A stretch of DNA of 63,995 nucleotides, counting the filler, from Octopus bimaculoides (taxonomy: Eukaryota), in NCBI RefSeq assembly GCF_001194135.2. It is 7 parts of 7 records of this genome, joined end to end, with 100 filler letters (N's around TTAATTAATTAA, not from the genome) between each part and the next. Parts side by side here need not be neighbours in the genome. Positions count along the whole stretch, not along the records: positions 52,174 to 56,825 come from NW_026365078.1; positions 56,926 to 61,024 come from NC_068981.1; positions 61,125 to 62,694 come from NC_069009.1; positions 62,795 to 63,995 come from NW_026325874.1; 3 more parts are not named here. One strand, 5' to 3'. Below, piece by piece: positions 54,801 to 63,995 of this stretch. Numbering within the stretch: position 1 is the stretch's first letter; every line of letters begins with the position of its first letter. Both the position numbers and the translations under genes were made by a program. The notes under the pieces were generated by a model. It saw nothing but the letters and a program-made list of their open reading frames with translations. It did not search any database and was not told where the DNA came from.

Positions 54801-55689
54801 AATAATCGTGAGATGTTCACATATAACATACACACGCCAATGAAGTAATGCAAACTGCCTTTCTCCCTCAAATCACATCCTACTCTCTTAAAATGAGGAA
54901 GACGATATTTTCACTATGTACATCTCAATTCATTCAATATGTGTTCATAGAAGACAGGATAGTTATGCATAGGTCTACAGGAGCAGTTATTTTCTGGAGT
55001 TAAATACACACAAGATAAAACATCCACTTATAAAATGGCTAGCAGTGAGACCAGACATAAACCCAATTTTCTTAGAACTTTGCTTTCGTTGTGACAGACA
55101 GGTCTTATTGAGTACAGCAAATCAATCATCTCAGTCCTTTGTGTCTTTCCCTTAAGGATCAACATTTTGAAATCATCCCCCACCACTTAATACCATTCTT
55201 ATTCTAGCAACTATCCTCCTCCATTGCTAAATCGGATACCTATGTTATTTATTTACTACCCACAAGGGGCTACATACANNNNNNNNNNNNNNNNNNNNNN
55301 NNNNNNNNNNNNNNNNNNNNNNNNNNNNNNNNNNNNNNNNNNNNNNNNNNNNNNNNNNNNNNNNNNNNNNNNNNNNNNNNNNNNNNNNNNNNNNNNNNNN
55401 NNNNNNNNNNNNNNNNNNNNNNNNNNNNNNNNNNNNNNNNNNNNNNNNNNNNNNNNNNNNNNNNNNNNNNNNNNNNNNNNCGCCCGGCGTGCTAACGTTT
55501 CTGCCAGCTCGCCGCCTATGTAAAAGATACCTATGTAACAGAAACTACTACCTCCTGGGCATTTGAGAAAATCTATTTTCCATACATATTTAGTATTTAT
55601 TGCTCTAGGACATTTGCCATATACAAAGTCATTATTAACCTTCCTGCGATTCCACTGCACCTCTTGGTTATCCATTGCGAGCACTGGTG

Positions 55690-56825
55690 ACACTACATGG
55701 AATTGTTACTTACTCTTTTACATATCAAGCAGAACCATTTTCCTGAAGGAAGTAATGCCTTGTCTGTTTTCCTGCTAACTAGAACTTGGACTTTTGCTAA
55801 GTTAACTTTAAGGCTCTCTGATTCCAAGTTTTGCTTCCACATCTGAACTTTCTCTTCTAGATCAACTACAAATTCTGTTACAAGAACAAGGTAATCAGCA
55901 TTTAGCTCCCAAGGGTAACCAGTCATAAATTCCTGTCTGGAGGACTATGATAAATAGGGGGAGGGGGTATTGAAAACTATGCCATAGTAATCTACCTATG
56001 CACTGAATTTGTTGCTGCACTCGTTACTAACTCTTACTAATACCTCCTGATAGCATCCCTGAACATAACTTGTAGGGCCCTCAAATGCCATTCCTCTGCT
56101 CTTAGCATCCTTAGATACCAACAGATCACATAGTAAGGGACTCAGTTGAAGGCTTTCTCTAGGTTGATGAAAGCTAACTATAATGACTAACTTTTAGCTA
56201 AATACTTTTGCAGTTGTCTTACTAGAAAGAGAGTATCAGCAGTACTCCATCCTGGTACAGAACCAAACTGCATCTCATCTAGATTAATTCTCTTCCTAAT
56301 TAAATAGGCTACAACTCTTTCTGTAATTTTCACAGCCTGGTCCAGCAATTTGATACCTCTGTACTTACTTCTATTCAAGGTGACTCCTTTACTCTTACAA
56401 CAGTTGACTAAATGGTGGTATACCAGTCATTAGATATGACTCCTTCCTGCAGAAACTGATTAACTATAGGGGTGACTAGGCCATATCCTACTTCACCAGA
56501 TATTTTAAGCATCACAGCAGTGATTTCTGATGGACTAGGGGCTTTCCCTGATTTCATATCCTAAACTGTTTTATCTATCATACAGCTGTCAACTAGGATA
56601 GCTGGTCCATCTGTTGGGAAGACCCTCTTTCTCTCACACATTATCCACATTTAATAACCTTTTATAGCATTTCTATGCCTCTTTCTTTTCAGAATCACTG
56701 AGTGTAAGGGTACCATTATCCATTCACACACACATTTCTCACCTAAAACATCTTGATTTCACAGAATACACTGTCTAACAATCTCAAATACTTCACACCT
56801 TTGATCCTCACAAGAAGAAAGGAGA
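55690..56825 (-). mobile_element. RTE-type LINE reverse-transcriptase remnant
   Basis: KSGKAPSPSEIT, YRGIKLLDQAVKITERV, LDEMQFGSVPGWST.D.LFLVRQLQ.KYLAK, TGYPWEL.(YADD region)LVL, LKVNLAK and SGKWFCLIC. Confidence 0.92.
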
Positions 56826-57029
56826 NNNNNNNNNNNNNNNNNNNNNNNNNNNNNNNNNNNNNNNNNNNNTTAATTAATTAANNNNNNNNNNNNNNNNNNN
56901 NNNNNNNNNNNNNNNNNNNNNNNNNCACCACCGTCATCGCCGAGACCGCCACCACCGCCGAGACCGTCACCACCACCACCACCACCACCACCACCATCAC
57001 CACCACCACCACAGCAATAACCTCATAAT

Positions 57030-57079
<50 letters not shown>

Positions 57080-57437
57080 ACTACACCACACGTAGCACCA
57101 CAACAGACTAAATATGACTATAACACGCACCATGGTGATGATCCTGATCATGATCATCACCACGACCACTACACTATTATAACAATAGCATTCTAAACCC
57201 CACCCCCACCCACTTCACCTCCGAAACAAAACAGAAGACAATAGTTAGAACTACAAAACTGCAGCAGTAGTAGTAGCAGCAACAGCACCAACGTAAGCAT
57301 AGTGGTGCAGAAACTAAAAATATGTTAGGTGGCAAGTAATGTAATTCAGTTGCACCATCCATCTACCACAACAGACAAAAAAAAAAAAAAAAAAAAAAAA
57401 AACTAATCCGCACGAGACGACCAAGAAAGCTGTTTAG

Positions 57438-57798
57438 CAGCGGTTCTCAACAATTTTTTTTTCTTATTCTATGGATCCCTTTGACAACTATTTTATCCTG
57501 GTGGACTCCTAAAGCTATTCGATGTTTAAAAAACTAATTTTATAGATACATCTTTCAAAATTCTTATTTTGTATTTCCTCATGTTCATTTATGCAGGTTC
57601 TCTGAGAGAACATGTTTCAGTGGCTGGTAACATGCTGAACTCTGTAAAACATTAGAGAAAGAAACCTAATTTTTTCTTGCAATAGTTGCATTTAAAGCTA
57701 AGTTTTTTTTGACGAACTCTCATTGTGGATCCCCATTTTACTATTTTGATTGCGTTGACCCTCAGAATTCTTATATGGACCCGGGTTGAGAATCTCTG
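57438..57798. mobile_element. hAT/Charlie-like MITE (truncated relative at 45940-46010)
   Basis: TIR CAGCGGTTCTCAAC / GTTGAGAATCTCTG; an 8-bp TSD is not recognisable. Confidence 0.7.
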
Positions 57799-58110
57799 TC
57801 CTATATATTATACGCTCGTTCGTCCCACAAGAAATCGCAGATTAATCTTCCTTAAATCTTTCTGTCGTCTTAAAAACAACTTTACTACAACATGAACATC
57901 AGCAATATCAACAACAAAACCTCGGTGGACATATTGGAGAATTTAACCCAATTTTAAGAAATCTTTCGACGAAATTATTGACCATTCTTGTATAGCTTTA
58001 ATTATTTTCATCCATCAGCGTTGGTTTTCGATTACTATCGTTGTCAGATTTTATTTTAGAAATATCGCTGGCGGGGAGATGTATCACTGCTATCTCTAGC
58101 GGTCGAGTGT

Positions 58111-58157
58111 CCATCACTGATAAGACCACAGAAGGTCGAAATCACGTGATATGGTGG
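58111..58157 (+). ncRNA. Type I hammerhead motif (single core change G8>A) inside a 142-bp hairpin
   Basis: CCATCA-CTGATAA-GACC acagaa GGTC-GAA-ATCACGTGAT-A-TGGTGG; enclosing arms at 58062-58101 and 58164-58203. Confidence 0.7.
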
Positions 58158-58635
58158 TCTTGGCGCTGTAGATGGCAGGGATTTATCTCCCCGCTAGCGA
58201 TATAAACAAGCGTGCATTCTACACCAAAAGTTTCTCTTGTGATAGCTACCTCAGTATAGTATGTTCTAACAGAACATACACGTGTAAGTGCGGATAAATG
58301 TTACCTCCCAGTATTAATAATGCCTCTGTCGCTTATATATATTTCTATTAGATCTTTTAATGGTGTATTATTTTGGATTATTTCTTCCGGTATTTTGCCC
58401 AGCGTGTTAACGATTCTGCCAGCTCGCCGCCTTTTGACAAAAATGAAATGAAAGAATATAAGATGTTAGCAACATTTGTGTGCAGAGATGCGTGGAAAAA
58501 TCTCATTCTATTAAGTAAGAGTCTTTGGAATGAGCACAAAGATAGAAATTGTTCAAATGACAACATACAGTTCTTGAAAAGCTCAACGCTATATAGAAAT
58601 CTTGTAGTGTTTCAAATGTAAAACCTGTCAATATA

Positions 58636-58847
58636 CAGGGTGTCCACAAAGTCTGGGTACATGGGGATTAACACATACTTTAAGAAATTATTATTTCTTA
58701 TATTTAATTGTTTATGTCATGATTTCATTTACTCCATGTACCCACATGGAGATTAACATATACTTTAAGAAATTATTATTTCTTATATTTAATTGTTTAT
58801 GTTATGATTTTATTTACTCCATGTACCCAGACTTTGTGGACACCCTG
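58636..58847. mobile_element. Same Tc1/mariner MITE as 36087-36213, with an internal 85-bp tandem duplication
   Basis: Identical TIRs and TA flanks; 212 bp = 127 + 85. Confidence 0.9.
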
Positions 58848-60264
58848 TAGTTTATATTAGAATCTATTCAAACGAAAATATGTATAAATTTGTCAAAAAA
58901 AAAAAAAAAAAGCAAAAAAGAAAATAATTCTATTTGGCTTTGCGTGTATAGACATAGTAAAGGGGAAATGAGAGTCAAATGTTTTAGTGTGAGGATTCAT
59001 AACATTTTTCATTAGTTGAAATAACAAAAAATTCCTTAAGGTGCACTCTTCTGAAAAATTGGAACTGGCGTTAAATCAGGACTCATCGGGTCCGATTCTG
59101 AATGCATGCCATATACACTTTACAGAATATTCTAAAATTAAATTATGAAAATAATAATAAACATTTTTTAATAAAGTTGAGCCATGTTCGGATTAAAATT
59201 TGCCGTAGCTTGGATGTTTGACACCTCTTATAAACTGTGCTGGAGGAAATCAGTAGCGGTTTCTGTCAGCAATATATACTTGAATATATACACATACTGT
59301 GGTGGTAGGAGGGTATTGCTGCTTCGCCCAATCCTTCGGTTTTTCCATAAACATATGAAGTTCTTTCTCTGAAAAAGGTCTTTTGTTCGAAACATGAGAA
59401 TTCTTGTTTCTCTACGACATACAAACCATGTAAAAAGATTTGCTAACTTTGCTTATGTAGACATAAATACAAGTTCAGTTTACGTTTGATCCGTTTCACT
59501 TTGATTGTTCCAGTTCTGTTCAACAGTTTATGGAGTCGGTGGGTTTAATAATACAGAATTTAAACACACACACATACACTCACACATTCACGCACACATA
59601 CACACATGTAAACTTACATACATACATACATAATGAAAGAATATTACAATGATCTTTAACTGAAGATTTAGACTTTGGATCTGCGAGTGCTAATAATATT
59701 GCTGGTCTACAGTAGTCGTTTACGGACGCTACTCGTTTATAGTACACTGACTGCTTCCTTCGGCACATCGCACTTTCGCATTTAGTGATATCGTCAAACA
59801 GACGCAGCCGGAATCGGTGGAGTTAACTAGCGGGGAGTAAAAAAGAAAAAAAAAACCTCGCCAGCATTGCAATCTTTCTGGGAAGCAGCTTGTAATGAGA
59901 TTTTCTCCAGTGGGCAGCTGGTGAAATCGGCGTCAGATTTAGACTTCGTCGTCCCACAGGAGAAAATTTCGAACCTATAGTGGACGTTTTGAGCCCCTAT
60001 AACACATCCCTATCTCTAATCGTCTTGATCAGGACTAGGGTAACTATCTGCAGGAATGAATCCCACAAGGTAGAATGGCTCTTCTAGAATGTTTCTCTCG
60101 CTATTTTTCATATACGCCGTTTTGTTTCCTCGAACTGCGAAAGATTTGCATGGCTGGCTGTCAAAAAAACAAAAACAATCCTTCAATTATGCATAAAAAT
60201 ACAAATAAAGACAATTATAAAATGTAAAATTTCCATGGGTCTTGGTAATTATCATCATTGTAAA

Positions 60265-60868
60265 GACGAGGTGGCAAAATCGTTAGTACAACAAGCTTAA
60301 TGCTTAGCGGCATTTCGTCCGTTTTTGCGTTCTGAGTTCAATTTTCGCCGGGGCCAACTTTGCTCTTCATCCTTTCGGATTCAGTAAAATAAGTAGCAGT
60401 TGATCACTGGGGTCGATGTAATGGACTTAATCCCCGCCATCGAACTTACTGGCCTTGTGCCAAAATTTGAAACCGTTACTGTAATGACAACAAGCTGGCA
60501 GAATCGTTAGCATGCCGGACAAATTGCTTAGTGGCATTGCTTCCAGCTTTACGTTCTGAGTGCAAAATCCGCCGATGTTGACTTGGCCTTTCATCCTTTC
60601 GGAGTCGATGAAATACGTACCAGTTCAGCCCTGGGGTCGATGTAATTGAATACCTCCATCTTCCAAAATTTCAGGCATTGTAACTATACCTGAAAGGATT
60701 ATAATTATTGTTGTTGATATGTTCTGAGTTCAAATCTCGCTGAGGCCAACTTTGCCTTTCATCATTTCGAGGTCGATAAAATAATGTCTCAGGTAAAATA
60801 CTGGGATCAATGTCATCGACTTGTCTTCTGTCTTCAAAACTGCCGACTTTATGCCAAAACTGTGAAGC
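60265..60868 (+). mobile_element. Three tandem head-to-tail SINE family C copies
   Basis: Units at about 60265-60476, 60492-60680 and 60715-60868. Confidence 0.85.
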
Positions 60869-60942
60869 CATTTTATTATTCTTGTATTAAAAGTCCCTGT
60901 AATGTTCTTTGCGGTAAAATAAAGTACTATGACTAAAGGCCG

Positions 60943-61024
<82 letters not shown>

Positions 61025-61167
61025 NNNNNNNNNNNNNNNNNNNNNNNNNNNNNNNNNNNNNNNNNNNNTTAATTAATTAANNNNNNNNNNNNNNNNNNNN
61101 NNNNNNNNNNNNNNNNNNNNNNNNCTACTACTACTACTACTACTACTGCTACTACTACTACTACTAT

Positions 61168-61230
<63 letters not shown>

Positions 61231-61683
61231 CATTACCACCACTACTACTACTACTACTGCCTAGTCAGACCATCACTACCATCTCCACCACCACCACTGT
61301 TTAGCCGCTTCTCCACCCCCACTACCATCACAACCACCACCGCCACCACCACTGCCATTATCATTTGGCCATACCCTGACCAACGAAACTGCTACTACTT
61401 TTGTATCACACTACCACCGTCGCTACCACCACAAGCACCACAGCCTCTACCACCACCAACACTTCTACCGCTAGTTGGTCCCCTCCACCCACCATCATCA
61501 CCTCCACCATTAATAACCCTTCCTAGCCATACCACTCATACCCCTACCACTGCTATTATCACCACCACCACCGATTCTTTGGGCCTATTTGCAAGACATT
61601 TACATGGCCACTTGCTATGCTAGAAACAATAGTTAAATCACATACTGAAATAAAATGGAGCTCTGTCTGCTCTTTTGATTAGC

Positions 61684-62035
61684 ATAAGAGGTTTGATCAA
61701 AAAGTACCAGGACTGGGGTTATGACATGGTAACTGCAACATGTACCAATTTGACACTTAATATCCTTCAAAGGAGTCCCCTTCTGAAGCCACACACTTTA
61801 TCCAGCATTGGTTCCATTGATCGAAGCATTCCTGGAGTTCCTTTTTTGGGGGATAGAGAGCAGCTGCCTTTCTGCATTCTCTTGGATTTTCTCAATGTCT
61901 TGATATCATGGTAGGGTCACCCATTGCAAAAACTGAGCCTTGGCTTCAGGGCCACAGGAACAGAGCCACGATCTGTCACCTGTTATGACAGATCTCAAAA
62001 AGGTTTCATTATCCTCAACACGATCAAGGAGAGAT
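61684..62035 (-). mobile_element. Internally deleted mariner (DD34D-type) 3' half
   Basis: LLDRVEDNETFLRSVITGDRSW...PEAKAQFLQW is joined directly to QDIEKIQENAERQLLSIP.KELQECFDQWNQCWIKCVASEGDSFEGY*. A TIR-like GAGGTTTGATCAAAAAGTACCAGGA lies at the end. Confidence 0.85.
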
Positions 62036-62215
62036 TATTTACATTATTTACATTTGACAGATAACAATGAAGGAAACATTATTTACATTTGACGGATATT
62101 TGTCCTCATCTTGTTTGTTGTTATTAACACATTTTGGTTGATGTACTCTCCAACCTTCATCAGGTGTCTTGGGGAAATTTCAAACCTGGGTTCTCATTCC
62201 TAAGGTATTTTTCGA

Positions 62216-62250
<35 letters not shown>

Positions 62251-62286
62251 TCACTGTTTGGAATCGAACTCAGAATCTTGGGGTTA
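62036..62286 (-). mobile_element. tRNA-box SINE-like element whose 3' part is the hammerhead-bearing terminus also seen at 40.2 kb
   Basis: Minus strand: B-box GAGTTCGATTCC (62260-62271), then (AAT)n, then GACAC-CTGATGA-A-GGTTG..CAACC-AAAAT-GTGTT (62126-62168), then a tail matching 40250-40296. Confidence 0.65.
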
Positions 62287-62361
62287 ATATATGTGTGTGT
62301 GTGTGTGTGTGTATGCTTTATTATTAAATCTTGCAAAAACATGACAAAAATATCACAGAAG

Positions 62362-62401
62362 ACTGCTACTCAGAGTTTCACATTCCCGTTCATCAGGCAG
62401 T
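62362..62401 (-). ncRNA. Minimal type I hammerhead ribozyme with intact catalytic core
   Basis: ACUGC-CUGAUGA-ACG ggaa UGU-GAA-ACU cug AGU-A-GCAGU. All conserved nucleotides and all three stems are present. Confidence 0.75.
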
Positions 62402-62540
62402 TTTGATCAGTAGCAGTTCTTTGTGATACTTTTGTGTTTTTACAGCTTTAATAAGAAAGCATATTACTCTACCTCTGGTATTCGAGTACTATTTTTTCCC
62501 ACCTTGTTTCATATTTATGTGCTTACTCAGGTATATATAA

Positions 62541-62580
<40 letters not shown>

Positions 62581-62794
62581 ACTTGGGGATGGTCATATTG
62601 CCAGTTTAGCCAATAAAAACACACGCACTGTATATTTGGTGTTAATTTGTTTCAGCTTTATATTACATTATATTACATTAATCCTATTTCGGCCNNNNNN
62701 NNNNNNNNNNNNNNNNNNNNNNNNNNNNNNNNNNNNNNTTAATTAATTAANNNNNNNNNNNNNNNNNNNNNNNNNNNNNNNNNNNNNNNNNNNN

Positions 62795-62838
<44 letters not shown>

Positions 62839-63255
62839 CGCACATTTACCAAGGGTGCTGAAAAGTTCCTGGCTTTAAGGATATCGCAAAAGGCCTGATT
62901 GGAAGCCAAACCTCCCGAGTTCTTTTACGGGGCTTACAAAAAGTGAAGGGCCGCTGCAAGAAATGTGTGAATCTGAGAGAGTAATATGTTGAATAAAATC
63001 ATAATTAACTGATCCTCCTGTATTTTCTTTTTCCCAAAGCCAGGAGCTTTTCAGCACCTCTTCGTATACAAATATGCACATGTATGTACATATAAATCAC
63101 TTATAAAATTTTGCCTGCATAACTTTAGTTGTATATTTGTGATTAATGGAGCACAGCGTAACTGCCTCAGCAATAAATTTGAGAAGCGAGGCGTGACAAA
63201 ATTGAAAAGTCACGATAAATTCAAACATTTTAATTACAAGCCATTAATAGAACTG

Positions 63256-63546
63256 CATGTTACTGGCACTCCGTCGGTTACGAGGACGAGCGTTCCAGTT
63301 GATTCGATCAATGGAACAGCTTGCTTGTGAAATAAATGTGCAAGTGGCTGAGTTCTCCGCAGACATGCATACTCTTAACGTAGTTCTCAGGGAGATTCAG
63401 CGTGACACAGAATGTGACAAGGCTGGCCCTTTGAAATACAGGTGCTACTCATTTTTGTCAGCTGAGTGGACTGGAGTAACGTGAAATAAAGTGTCTTGCT
63501 CAAGGACACAACTCGCTGCCGGGAATCGAACTCACGACCTTACGAT
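63256..63546 (-). mobile_element. SINE with family A 3' half but a CORE-like central domain
   Basis: 3' segment TGTATTTCAAAGGGCCAGCC...GACGGAGTGCC is shared with family A; the middle is GTGTCCTTGAGCAAGACACTTTATTTCACG...; B-box present, A-box missing. Confidence 0.8.
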
Positions 63547-63765
63547 AGTTCTCAGCTGTTACGTATAGAGTAGAGATGTGCAGTCTGTATACTAGGCATC
63601 GGATTTTCATTTTCACCGAACGCATTGAGCAGAGATATTGCATCAAGTTTAGGTAAAAAAAATCGGCTCTTTCTCTATTGCCATGAAATCTTGAAATAAA
63701 ACTGAATAATGACATGCATATATTCACCCCAGGTAGATAGATAGATAGATAGGTAGATAGATAGT

Positions 63766-63845
<80 letters not shown>

Positions 63846-63995
63846 CAGATAGATAGATACATACATACATACATACTTGCATACATACTTGCATACATAC
63901 ACATAGATACATACATATGTACATATATATATACATACATACACGCATACATATATATATATAAATATATATATATATACATACATATATATATA

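Overview
This is AT-rich, repeat-dominated eukaryotic DNA from a gapped short-read scaffold, with roughly 5 kb of N. The SINE families and the microsatellite load look like a coleoid cephalopod, most likely Octopus; that assignment is inferred from recalled repeat families, not from a search. I find no host protein-coding gene, tRNA, rRNA or CRISPR array, and nearly all listed ORFs are microsatellite or N read-through. Recognisable content: decayed Tc1/mariner transposases (three families), TA-flanked MITEs, RTE-clade, CR1/L2-group and RLE-type (CRE-like) LINE remnants, and three abundant tRNA-derived SINE families. The most interesting signal is Penelope-like element (PLE) biology. One 5'-truncated PLE carries a GIY-YIG endonuclease C-terminus between inverted terminal repeats (27.5-28.4 kb). 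About a dozen dispersed minimal type I hammerhead ribozyme (HHR) motifs from several unrelated sequence families are also present, usually inside inverted-repeat pairs. One motif (62362-62401, minus) has a fully intact catalytic core, and one appears to form the 3' tail of a tRNA-headed SINE. All RNA structures were folded by eye, and activity is untested.
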